32,000 nt of DNA from NCBI GenBank assembly GCA_039809905.1, contig JBDHVY010000001.1:570001-602000 (forward strand), written 5' to 3'. Both the position numbers and the translations under genes were made by a program. The DNA comes from Candidatus Babelota bacterium. Lineage in GTDB: Bacteria > Babelota > Babeliae > Babelales > Vermiphilaceae. The notes beneath the pieces were generated by a model that worked only from the letters and a program-made list of their open reading frames with translations, was not told the DNA's origin and made no database searches. This document shows positions 16,366 to 25,595 of this stretch, piece after piece; position 1 is the stretch's first letter; every line of letters begins with the position of its first letter.

Positions 16366-17241
16366 TTATTTTTTACTTCTGAAAAACATATCGAAAATCA
16401 TTTTAGCACATGTTGCAGAATCATGTTGTTCCGTATTAACAATACAATCATAATTTTTTTTCGGACTGATTGCTATTACATTGCTTTGATCCAATGGCAT
16501 TTGCTTAAGTATCATATTTTTGACTTCACTCGACGAAAATGGACAAATAGCGTTCTGCACACACTTTAAAAACCCTAATATACTTTGCTGTGCTGCATCA
16601 TGCTTTATTATTGCCTTATCACAAATATCATTGCACTCGCTGTAAGATAATTGATCAATGGCATTCTCAGTCCGATTTTCATAGAAGCAACTAAATTGAT
16701 GCAACGCTTGCATAATAGAGCGCTGCCCAAGTATTGAAGATTTTTCATTGCGATCGATGATTCTTTCTACGAGAGTTGCCATCGGGCAATACACAAGTGC
16801 GGATGTTACATTAAAATTTTCGAAAATTTTTTCATAAAAACTTATTTGTTTAGGCTCATATATTGGAGCATCAATGATCACAATCTTATTTTGTTTGTAA
16901 GCTATAGTTGCTGCAGCACACAAACCTATTTGAGCTTCATCTTTCATCTGCTTCACCTGTGAACTATTGAGTAAGTTTTCATTGGGAAGAAACATATTCC
17001 ATGGATTTATACGCTCCATAACAAGCGTAGACAATATTTTTGGCACGATAAAACTATCTATTGATAAAACTTCAACAGACAAAGATTGTGCTTCTAATAA
17101 TTTTTTCAGCTCTGTAGCGATAGATGATTTTCCTGATGTTGTTGTGCCATTTAAAAAAACAATCTGCTGACTATTCGGTAAATCCATACTGCTGGAATAA
17201 TTAATCACAAAAATCAAAAATAATAATCTGACATTCATCAC
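16366..17241 (-). CDS. Chloramphenicol-phosphotransferase-like (CPT family) P-loop kinase with an N-terminal hydrophobic leader
   Basis: IVFLNGTTTSGKSSIATEL matches the CPT-family Walker A context (LNGxSSxGKS). IVIIDAP is Walker-B-like. The likely true start is the ATG at 17238, with an AAGGA SD 6 nt upstream. Confidence 0.65.
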   Translation of the reverse strand: MMNVRLLFLIFVINYSSSMDLPNSQQIVFLNGTTTSGKSSIATELKKLLEAQSLSVEVLSIDSFIVPKILSTLVMERINPWNMFLPNENLLNSSQVKQMKDEAQIGLCAAATIAYKQNKIVIIDAPIYEPKQISFYEKIFENFNVTSALVYCPMATLVERIIDRNEKSSILGQRSIMQALHQFSCFYENRTENAIDQLSYSECNDICDKAIIKHDAAQQSILGFLKCVQNAICPFSSSEVKNMILKQMPLDQSNVIAISPKKNYDCIVNTEQHDSATCAKMIFDMFFRSKK

Positions 17242-17370
17242 ACATCCTTGTTTTATTAAAAATATATTTAGCTATTACAGTCTACCAACAATGTAGCGTA
17301 TCTATTATTATCAAATAAATTAAGATACCCTGTTAAGTATTATTTTAACATCAAAAAAAGGATAGCTTAC

Positions 17371-18534
17371 ATGAAGCATGCATTGGTTGTTTTTTTATTG
17401 TATTCATTTCCATCTATTGTTTTTACTGCAGAGACAAATCCCATAAACAATACACATCCTTGGGAATTAATTGCAGAAATTAAACAAGATGAGGCCATTA
17501 AATCAGCTTATTTCAATTTCCAGGGAACATCACTTATTACATCTACCGATCATGGAGTAACCGTAACTGATATTTCATTGCAAAAACCTCTGTCATTTTT
17601 CACAACAAAACAACAAATCGTATGTCTTAATCCTTCAGAAAAATTTCGTATCATTAACAATAAATGCACAGTAGAGGGTACTAGCACAAACGATGTTATT
17701 TATTGGCCATATAAACAAAGAACAATCGATCATCATGCATTTATGTCTTATTTACCAGTTACACCTCATCGCTGCGTTATACAAAAATATGGGCCACAAC
17801 GGGAACTTGCTGGCATAACATCGGAACCCACTCCATCTAAAAATGAGGGATACTGGTTACGATTATATGATATTGGACTTGGAAAAATCACTATTGAATA
17901 TTATCATCCTTGTAAGATTAAGGATTTCTGTCTTCATTCCGATAAAAATATTGTTGCTTCAATAACCTATCCAGATCCAGCAGTGCGCGTATGGAATACA
18001 GAAAAATGGCATCGATTCCCGATAAAAGGATATACCCAAGAATTACATTCAATACGTTTTGATGAAAGCAATGGCAATCGATTGGTTGTAACTGGTCAAG
18101 ATACAATAGACGTATTGGATATAACTAATCCTGAAAATCTTACAACTATTACCTCTTTTGCCAATACTGAACATAGCACTCAAGCGTGTCTGAGCGGTAA
18201 ATACTTAGCAGTAGCATCGCAACCTATAAAACTGTTTGATATAGAAACAAAACAGGAAGTAATGTCGATCGCAGGAAACAACAATTCATCACCAATGAAT
18301 TGCTTTGGTTCTATGGGAAATTTGTTGGTTGTTATTAATGATAAAAACGCTCTTATTTTCAAGAAACAAGAAAACAAAGACACAGAATCCAATGCCATAT
18401 ATAAAAAAACAATAATTGTTACAGGACCTCGAGAATCTTCGGATGAATGTTGTCAAGTTCCATGCCAAAACCAGATAATCACGATTTTTGCGAGCATAGT
18501 CGCGTTGCTTGAAAGTAAATTTTTTAATTGTTAG
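17371..18534 (+). CDS. WD40-like beta-propeller protein with a leader and a Cys-rich/hydrophobic C-terminus
   Basis: 387 aa with an AAGGA SD. The leader is LVVFLLYSFPSIVFTA. Blade-like repeats include DFCLHSDKNIVASITYPDPAVRVWNTE, LHSIRFDESNGNRLVVTGQDTIDVLDI and YLAVASQPIKLFDIETKQ. Confidence 0.6.
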   Translation: MKHALVVFLLYSFPSIVFTAETNPINNTHPWELIAEIKQDEAIKSAYFNFQGTSLITSTDHGVTVTDISLQKPLSFFTTKQQIVCLNPSEKFRIINNKCTVEGTSTNDVIYWPYKQRTIDHHAFMSYLPVTPHRCVIQKYGPQRELAGITSEPTPSKNEGYWLRLYDIGLGKITIEYYHPCKIKDFCLHSDKNIVASITYPDPAVRVWNTEKWHRFPIKGYTQELHSIRFDESNGNRLVVTGQDTIDVLDITNPENLTTITSFANTEHSTQACLSGKYLAVASQPIKLFDIETKQEVMSIAGNNNSSPMNCFGSMGNLLVVINDKNALIFKKQENKDTESNAIYKKTIIVTGPRESSDECCQVPCQNQIITIFASIVALLESKFFNC

Positions 18535-18550
18535 TCATTAGCAAAAAAAT

Positions 18551-18588
18551 ATGAAATGGGATTGAACTCATTTTCAATCCCATTTCAT
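18551..18588. terminator. Hairpin terminator between convergent genes
   Basis: Perfect 16-bp stem ATGAAATGGGATTGAA / TTCAATCCCATTTCAT with a 6-nt loop. A U-tract is present only for the minus-strand (M16 peptidase) transcript. Confidence 0.8.
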
Positions 18589-18607
18589 TATCAACTTTCA
18601 AAATAGA

Positions 18608-21409
18608 TTATACTCTTCCTGCACGAACTGTTATAAGTTTGTCAGAACACAGTAAGCTTTTTACCACTTTCTTCATATCTTCAAGAGTAATTTTTGAAAT
18701 CTCTTGAGCACGATTATCAAAATAATCAGCAGGAAGTTTAAACCGATCCAGATATAAGAAGGTACTTGCTATATCACTATTAGATGCAAAATTATCAACA
18801 AGCGTATTAGTAATTGCTCGTTTGGCTTCTTCCAGATCTTCTTCAGTTAATGTGTCAACCACTGTATCAACCGTATTTTTGATTGCTTTTTCAGCTTCGG
18901 CTAGCCTATCTACTGAAACAATAGTACGAATCTGGAACATTCCTGGCTGTTCATCAGTTCCTGCAATGAGAGATCCACGAATTGTGTAAAACAATCCCGT
19001 TTGTTCACGCAGATCAAACAATCGTGATGCCATGGAATTTAATACACCGCCACCAAAAATTTGATCGAATAATAAATATTTATCAAAATCAGGATGCTTA
19101 CGATCAATAGATAATTGTGCAAAACAAAGAACAACTTGGTCCCTATTAATAGGATAATTTATCTCTTTTGTTTCAGCTTCAACAAGAGGTGGGCATACAA
19201 AATCAGGAACGTCTCGCTTGTGCCAATCTCCCAATGCTTTTTCTACCATCTCTTGAATATTACCTTCAGGTAAATCACCTACAATTGCCATGCGCGCACC
19301 AGAAGGAGAAATAGAAGATTGATAAAAATTAATTAAATCTTCACGAGAAATTGCGGTAATTGATTCTTCTGTTCCTATGCTTTGTTTGCTATAAGGATGA
19401 TCTTTATAAATTTCCGCACGTACCAATTGACTAACAAATGAGCGAGGTTCATCCCAATATTGTTTAATATTAGTCAATAGCTGACTTCGCACTTTTTCTA
19501 TTTCATCTTCAGGAAATGTTGCTTGAGTAAGAATTTCTTTTAATAAGCCAAGTCCAAACTCAAAATCACTGGAAAGCATCTTCATCGAAATACCACCAGG
19601 ATATACATTTACTGACATACCACGAGATTCAATAGCATCAGCAAGTTCTTCTTGTGTATAGTTCGTTGTTCCTTCAGTCATCATATCAGTAACAAATGTA
19701 TACAAACCTTGCTGCTCAATAGGATCACAATGAGATCGAGTTTTAAACTCAAGAATAATATTAATTTTAGGAGTCATATCATTATCATGATATAAAACCT
19801 TCAAGCCATTTGATAAGGTGCACACTTCCGGTTTAGGAAAATCAAAATGTGCTGGTTGTTGCACTTCTCTCGTTTTTGCATACACTGCCGGCTCTACTGA
19901 TGTTGTACGCACTCGCGCACTCAGAATTTTTTCATCTTCAGTATCTGATTCTTCCTGCAAAAGAGCTAAATATTTTTTTTCACTTTCTGGCAAAGGTAAT
20001 ACAAAACCTTTATGCATAATTGATGGACGCAAATAAGTGCCAACAATATCATGTATGTGTTGTTTTAATATCTCTGGAGATTGTTCAAGGCAGGTAAAAA
20101 TATAATTCTCATCACCAGTTGCCAAATATGCATGGCCAATCGCGTAACCTTGATCTTCAATTACTTCAAGAAGACTATAAAACGCCATTTGCGTTTTTTT
20201 AAAGCCTCTCTCAAATTCTTCATCGGTAACACCATTATTAGCAATGTCTTGCAGTTCTGCAGCAATAAGACGTTCAATTTCTGCTGCATCATCTATATCT
20301 TTTGGTTCAACTAAGATATATAGAAAACCATAATCAAATAATCCCCAAGAACCTACTGAAACACTTGTTGCAAGCTGAGTATCATTAACTAATTTTTTAT
20401 ACAAGCGTGAACTATTGCCATTGCCAAGAATCCATTCAAAAATATCTATTGCTGTATCTTTTTTATCTATAGCTCCTGGTATAACAAATGCATATGCAAG
20501 CGTTGGCTGAGCTACTTCTCGGTATATTGTTAATGATTTTGATGCAATATCACGATGGAAGAAATTCTCTTTTTTCTTATAGTTGTCATCTTTTGGTATT
20601 GAACCAAAATATTCATTAGCAAGAGCAACAACTTCATCAGGATTAACATCACCAACAATCACGAGTGTAGCATTATTTGGTTGGTAATGTTTTTTGTAAA
20701 AGGCTAATAAATCTTTACCTTTTACACTCCACAAATCTTGTTTATAACCAATAATTGGATAATGATAGGGATGATCTGCAAAAATCATTCCAATTAATTC
20801 TTCTAATAAAGAGCGTTCATATTGATCTTTATATAATTTCAGTTCTTGTATTACGGCTTTCATTTCTGAATTAAGCATATCATCATTAAATAAGCAGTTG
20901 ATCATACAATCAGCAACAACAGGAAACGATTCGCGCCAATGATGAGTAGGGAAATTAAAATAATATCCGGTGTAATCATAAGAAGTAAATGCATTACAGG
21001 TACCGGAAAATTTATGAACAAGCACATTAATATCAGATTCAGATAGTGTATCAGTACCTTTAAAAATCATGTGTTCAATAAGATGGGCTATACCTTTTTC
21101 GCCAATCAATTCATCTTTTGATCCTACATTGTACCAAATCTGAAATGATACTTTTGGTATTTCATGTGATTCGCGAATAAGAACGGTAAGTCCATTATCT
21201 AAAACTCTTTTTATCACGTGTTGATGAACAGATTTACTATCTGATTGCATCATGTTTTTTTCATCTGACATTAAATCCTCTGATTTTTTTAATTTTGCAG
21301 GTTCAATTTGCTGAGTATATTTTCCCTCTATAAAAATATGAGATAGGAGCAAACTCATAAGAACAACAGAATACCCAAGTAGGCACAATTTAACAAGATA
21401 ACAACGCAT
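18608..21409 (-). CDS. M16-family (pitrilysin/insulinase-like) zinc peptidase, double-length, with an N-terminal membrane anchor or leader
   Basis: 933 aa. The inverted zinc motif HxxEH occurs in GIAHLIEHMIFKGT. A second M16-like half follows. A GAGGTG SD is present. Confidence 0.9.
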   Translation of the reverse strand: MRCYLVKLCLLGYSVVLMSLLLSHIFIEGKYTQQIEPAKLKKSEDLMSDEKNMMQSDSKSVHQHVIKRVLDNGLTVLIRESHEIPKVSFQIWYNVGSKDELIGEKGIAHLIEHMIFKGTDTLSESDINVLVHKFSGTCNAFTSYDYTGYYFNFPTHHWRESFPVVADCMINCLFNDDMLNSEMKAVIQELKLYKDQYERSLLEELIGMIFADHPYHYPIIGYKQDLWSVKGKDLLAFYKKHYQPNNATLVIVGDVNPDEVVALANEYFGSIPKDDNYKKKENFFHRDIASKSLTIYREVAQPTLAYAFVIPGAIDKKDTAIDIFEWILGNGNSSRLYKKLVNDTQLATSVSVGSWGLFDYGFLYILVEPKDIDDAAEIERLIAAELQDIANNGVTDEEFERGFKKTQMAFYSLLEVIEDQGYAIGHAYLATGDENYIFTCLEQSPEILKQHIHDIVGTYLRPSIMHKGFVLPLPESEKKYLALLQEESDTEDEKILSARVRTTSVEPAVYAKTREVQQPAHFDFPKPEVCTLSNGLKVLYHDNDMTPKINIILEFKTRSHCDPIEQQGLYTFVTDMMTEGTTNYTQEELADAIESRGMSVNVYPGGISMKMLSSDFEFGLGLLKEILTQATFPEDEIEKVRSQLLTNIKQYWDEPRSFVSQLVRAEIYKDHPYSKQSIGTEESITAISREDLINFYQSSISPSGARMAIVGDLPEGNIQEMVEKALGDWHKRDVPDFVCPPLVEAETKEINYPINRDQVVLCFAQLSIDRKHPDFDKYLLFDQIFGGGVLNSMASRLFDLREQTGLFYTIRGSLIAGTDEQPGMFQIRTIVSVDRLAEAEKAIKNTVDTVVDTLTEEDLEEAKRAITNTLVDNFASNSDIASTFLYLDRFKLPADYFDNRAQEISKITLEDMKKVVKSLLCSDKLITVRAGRV

Positions 21410-21559
21410 ACATCACCTCTACTCATTTATAATACTTTTTATAAGACAGCATAGCGCTAAAGAATAATACTGAAAAGAGAGCTCTTTATATTTTCTTATC
21501 AAAATGATATCTTATCCGCGATAGCAGCACAATTATAAGTACCAATAAATAGGAGAAAC

Positions 21560-21823
21560 ATGAAAAAAGCTTTATGTTTTAGTTTGTTTTTTTCAATAAA
21601 AACTTTGGCAAGCGAAGCGCACAACGAAAACAATTTTCGATCCCAACAATTACAATCAATTCGTAATTTTGTAGCAATAGCAAAACCAGAGGAACTGGAA
21701 ATTTTAACTGATAATATATCCTCCTTGATCCTTGAGCGCGAACTATCTAAATATCCAAGACAAGATCGTCTTAAAATGAAAACCATTCTTCAAAATAAAA
21801 AACAGCCTATAAATCTTCGTTAG
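21560..21823 (+). CDS. Small hypothetical protein with a leader
   Basis: 87 aa with an AGGAG SD 4 nt upstream. The leader is MKKALCFSLFFSIKTLAS. I prefer it over the overlapping antisense ORF 21499-21786. Confidence 0.45.
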   Translation: MKKALCFSLFFSIKTLASEAHNENNFRSQQLQSIRNFVAIAKPEELEILTDNISSLILERELSKYPRQDRLKMKTILQNKKQPINLR

Positions 21824-21862
21824 AATTGACTTGATGATAAAAGATGTCATAATCAAAACATT

Positions 21863-22993
21863 ATGATATCTTTTTTTGCAAAAAATTTTCACTTAATCAA
21901 TTTTCCACCGTTGCTCATTCTCACTATTTGCTTTATTCTCGGCATCATCTTCTATACATCATTCATCCTTTTTTTGATCATTTTTTTATTTTTGTTTTGT
22001 GGATCTTTATATGCACATAACAAAAATATTTTACTACCAAAACAACTTATTTTATGTTCTTTTTTTATATTATGTGGTGCATGGCTACATCACAAAGAAT
22101 TGTCTGATTATGATACATTTTACACCAAGATTGATAACAAAAAATGTACCGTGACCGGAACAATAATCGATAAAAATGAAACAACACTCAATCATCAGAA
22201 AACAACCGCCATTACTATTGCTATTGATGAAATTGCAACAGAAAATGATACACAAAAAAGCAACAAACTTATGTTGTTTTACATAAAATGCAACAATGAC
22301 ATTGCTGTGGGCGATACCGTTACTTTTTTTGATGCACTATGCAAAAAGCCATCTAGTGATGATTTTAAGCGGTATCAAATCAAAGAACAGATTATTGCAA
22401 CATCTTTTGACAACAACATCAATTATCGCATTGACCATCATCCAACATGGTCGCTGCGGCATTGGCTTTGGAATCAAAAAAAACAACTTTTGCTTGGATT
22501 AGAAGAAAAACTTTCTCCTGATGGTTTTAGGTTTTTCTCTTCTCTTTTTTTGGGAAACCGAGCATATATAAAAAACGAACTTGAAAAAACCAATGATCAA
22601 TTTAAAACATGGGGGATTTCACATTTTCTTGCCAGATCTGGCTTGCATCTTGTTTTGTTTATTTTTATATGGCAAGCAGTTTTTTGCCTAATACCGCTAC
22701 CTTTTTTAATAAAACAAATCATCATGCTGCTGCTTAGTTGCATATACTTTGTTTTCACGTGGACATCTGCCCCGTTTACCCGATCATTTGCATTATTTAT
22801 CTTCAGCAAAATATGCTTATTCAACAAAACTCCTTTTAATGTGTTGCATTATCTCATTCTTGTTTGTTTCATATTTTTACTCTATTGCCCTCTTTATTTA
22901 TTTTTTCTTGATTTTCAATTGAGCTTTGCTCTTACATTTGCACTTGCATGGTTTAATCAAGTAACCCCGCTACATAAAAATAATACTATATAG
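21863..22993 (+). CDS. comEC: ComEC/Rec2-like membrane protein, short form (N-terminal OB-like region plus part of the Competence domain, no beta-lactamase domain)
   Basis: 376 aa, polytopic. FKTWGISHFLARSGLHLVLF matches the ComEC signature (sHLLAISGLH). Confidence 0.7.
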   Translation: MISFFAKNFHLINFPPLLILTICFILGIIFYTSFILFLIIFLFLFCGSLYAHNKNILLPKQLILCSFFILCGAWLHHKELSDYDTFYTKIDNKKCTVTGTIIDKNETTLNHQKTTAITIAIDEIATENDTQKSNKLMLFYIKCNNDIAVGDTVTFFDALCKKPSSDDFKRYQIKEQIIATSFDNNINYRIDHHPTWSLRHWLWNQKKQLLLGLEEKLSPDGFRFFSSLFLGNRAYIKNELEKTNDQFKTWGISHFLARSGLHLVLFIFIWQAVFCLIPLPFLIKQIIMLLLSCIYFVFTWTSAPFTRSFALFIFSKICLFNKTPFNVLHYLILVCFIFLLYCPLYLFFLDFQLSFALTFALAWFNQVTPLHKNNTI

Positions 22994-23089
22994 CTATAAT
23001 AGAGCATCGGGCCAATTTTTATTGATTATTTTAACTTAAATCTCTTAGGCTAAAAACATTAATGCGCTACCAATAAAAAAGGGGAGACT

Positions 23090-24592
23090 ATGATGTTGTT
23101 AAAAAAAATAACACAAATAAGTAAGCAGACAATGCGATGCTTTTTGATATTTTTTTGTTGCACTAATGGCATAATTTACACAGAAACAAACAATTTTGCC
23201 CATTCAATTAAAGATGAATCAGTTTATCAAAAATGTTTTTGCGATTTTTGCCAAGAAATTTGCAAAACGAGCTCTGTTAAAACATACAAACTTCATGTAG
23301 CAAAAAAAAAATCGAACAAAAAAAAGCATAAAGCAAGAATATTAAACAAACGAACCATCATGATTTATATGGCAGCAGATAACGATTTACGCCCCTTTGC
23401 TGCTCGCAATATTCAACAAATGGCAAATATTGGATCTAACCAAAATATAACTATCGTTGTTCATCTTGATATTCGCATATCAGGAAATAAAAAAATTACT
23501 CGTCGATATCTGATTGAAAAAGATCAAGTATTACACATCGATCCATACAACCCTCTGACTCAGCAAATGGATAGCGGAAACCCTTCTACACTCATTTCTT
23601 TTTGTGAGTGGGCTATAAAAAATTATGATGCCAGCGAATATGATCTTATTTTATGGAATCATGGAACAGGAATCCTTGAACCTCCTCATGGCAAAATCAT
23701 CAATCCAATGGATCTTTTTGTATTTAACCCATCTACACATCGTCTTGAATTGGATAGATCTGTTGGATTTATGGAAATACTTGATTCATTGGAACCAAAA
23801 CAACGCGGCGTCTGCTGGGATGACACAACAGGAAATTACCTATCCAACAGAAAACTAGAAACAGCACTTGATACAATATGCCAAAAATGTCTTGGTGGAA
23901 AAAAATTCGGCATTATTGGATTTGATGCGTGTTTAATGTCAATGCTCGAAGTGAGCAGTTTTATAAAAAGATACGCCCATGTAATGGTAGGATCGGAAGA
24001 AGTTGAATTGGGTATGGGATGGAAATATGATGAAGTACTATTACCATTTATCAAAGAAGCACTCAGCACAACCGCCTTTGCATGCCAGATTGTTAATGCT
24101 TATGATAGAACATATCAATCAATAACAAATGACTATACATTATCAGCAATAAATCTTGATTCTATTGAAGCTTTAGAAAGGAACGTTGATATTGTCGCAA
24201 AATTATTGATTGAAATGCTCGATACACAAAGAGTCACCATGTATCCGATAATTAAAGAAAGCAAAAACAAAATGCTGTGCACTCATTTTGATGAGCCAAC
24301 TTATATCGACTTGCATCATTTTTACAAAAACCTTCTTATCAATATTAAGAAACTTAACACTGATAACAAAAAAACCATAGCAGCAAAAAATACATTAACA
24401 GCACGAATAGAAGAAGGAGCGCGCCTGATTGAACAGTTGGTACTAGCAAACACGGTGGGAAAAAATCTCAAAAATGCTCGCGGAATAGCTATATATTTTC
24501 CTGAACGGGGAATTCATAGCTCGTATAACGAAGCAATGTTTTTAAGATCTAATGCGTGGGGAACATTACTGTCTCGCTACATTTTTGGCTAA
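23090..24592 (+). CDS. Secreted clostripain-family (C11) cysteine peptidase
   Basis: 500 aa with a GGGGAG SD. IMIYMAADNDL, catalytic His in LILWNHGTG, and catalytic Cys in IGFDACLMSMLE. Confidence 0.8.
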   Translation: MMLLKKITQISKQTMRCFLIFFCCTNGIIYTETNNFAHSIKDESVYQKCFCDFCQEICKTSSVKTYKLHVAKKKSNKKKHKARILNKRTIMIYMAADNDLRPFAARNIQQMANIGSNQNITIVVHLDIRISGNKKITRRYLIEKDQVLHIDPYNPLTQQMDSGNPSTLISFCEWAIKNYDASEYDLILWNHGTGILEPPHGKIINPMDLFVFNPSTHRLELDRSVGFMEILDSLEPKQRGVCWDDTTGNYLSNRKLETALDTICQKCLGGKKFGIIGFDACLMSMLEVSSFIKRYAHVMVGSEEVELGMGWKYDEVLLPFIKEALSTTAFACQIVNAYDRTYQSITNDYTLSAINLDSIEALERNVDIVAKLLIEMLDTQRVTMYPIIKESKNKMLCTHFDEPTYIDLHHFYKNLLINIKKLNTDNKKTIAAKNTLTARIEEGARLIEQLVLANTVGKNLKNARGIAIYFPERGIHSSYNEAMFLRSNAWGTLLSRYIFG

Positions 24593-24621
24593 GCAGTAAC
24601 ATACATGGGTAAAAGGAGTTT

Positions 24622-25284
24622 ATGACCGCAAACTCCTTTTACTCATCAAACATATTTTCTGGTAAACTACAAAAAACAACATACAATTCACAAAACCGGA
24701 ATATTATGAATCAAAAACAATCAAAGGCAACAGCATTACAAAAGCTCTATGAACCGTATAAAGAATGTCTGACATGCCCTCTTTTAATACCTACAAAGCA
24801 TAATGTTGTATGCGGCCAAGGCAATCCCAATGCAGAATTAATGCTGATTGGCGAAGCACCCGGAAGACTTGAAGATGAACAAGGGTTACCATTTGTCGGA
24901 AAATCAGGCATGCTTCTTACCAAAGCACTAACGTGCCTTGATATAGATAGAAAAGATATATTCATAACCAACAGTGTAAAATGTCGTCCACCACAAAATC
25001 GTAAGCCAACACCCCAAGAAAGCAAAACATACAAACAGTTATTGCTTCTTAAGGAAATAGAAATTATTCAACCAAAAGTTATTTGCACCCTTGGAGCAAC
25101 AGCTCTTGAATGCTTACTTGAAACACCAGTAAAAATGGAAGCAATGCATGGAAAGCTACTTTCTTTTAATGGCATCACTCTCATACCTGCGTATCATCCC
25201 GCTTATGTTTTGCGAAATCCAACGAAATTTGAGGCGTGGTTTAGGGACCTAGAGCAAGCTTGGTTGCTTGCGCAAAGTAAGTAA
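24622..25284 (+). CDS. Uracil-DNA glycosylase, family 4
   Basis: AAGGAG SD. Motif A is LIGEAPGRLEDEQGLPFVG. CLTCPL and KCRPP cysteines are present, and motif B is HPAYVLRNP. Confidence 0.85.
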   Translation: MTANSFYSSNIFSGKLQKTTYNSQNRNIMNQKQSKATALQKLYEPYKECLTCPLLIPTKHNVVCGQGNPNAELMLIGEAPGRLEDEQGLPFVGKSGMLLTKALTCLDIDRKDIFITNSVKCRPPQNRKPTPQESKTYKQLLLLKEIEIIQPKVICTLGATALECLLETPVKMEAMHGKLLSFNGITLIPAYHPAYVLRNPTKFEAWFRDLEQAWLLAQSK

Positions 25285-25340
25285 AAACACAAACTGCATC
25301 ACTTATCACATCAAAAAACAAAGAAATTACACAGTTAAAG

Positions 25341-25395
25341 GTGGTGCATAAGTGGTTGATAAGTGGTGCATAAGTGGTTGATAAGTGGTGCATAA
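25341..25395 (+). repeat. Five tandem 11-bp units (GTGGTGCATAA / GTGGTTGATAA alternating); DnaA-box-like on the complementary strand
   Basis: Read directly: gtggtgcataa gtggttgataa gtggtgcataa gtggttgataa gtggtgcataa. Confidence 0.9.
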
Positions 25396-25496
25396 CTTTT
25401 TTAGCTCACATTTTTTTGAAAAAAATTATATCGACCTGATGAAGATATTCATGCAACATAGCGAGATTAGAGCGACTCAGTCAATGTTTTCAGAGT

Positions 25497-25529
25497 TATC
25501 AACCACTTATCAACCACTTATGCACCACC
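25497..25529 (-). repeat. Three tandem 11-bp units in inverted orientation (TTATCAACCAC x2, TTATGCACCAC)
   Basis: Read directly. 25503-25530 is the exact reverse complement of 25340-25367, giving a 28-bp perfect inverted repeat. Confidence 0.9.
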
Positions 25530-25584
25530 TGTTTAAAAAAAATTATAACGATCAGATCGATATATTCGAAGAAAAAAGGGCAAG

Positions 25585-25595
25585 TTATGCACCAC
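25585..25595 (-). repeat. Isolated ninth unit, TTATGCACCAC
   Basis: Read directly. It is followed within 15 nt by the AT-rich tract at 25611-25648. Confidence 0.7.

Noticed and set aside
21499-21786. 95-aa minus-strand ORF overlapping 21560-21823
   Set aside because: The + strand ORF has an AGGAG SD and a clear leader peptide. The minus-strand ORF has neither.
25340-25530. Considered whether the 11-bp repeats are a CRISPR array, or whether the 28-bp inverted repeats are MITE or IS termini
   Set aside because: The units are contiguous with no spacers and are far shorter than CRISPR repeats, and no cas genes are present. For a MITE I found no flanking target-site duplication directly abutting the inverted repeats, and the internal 11-bp phasing looks like protein-binding iterons. 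MITE status can only be excluded by a genome-wide copy count, as noted in the finding.
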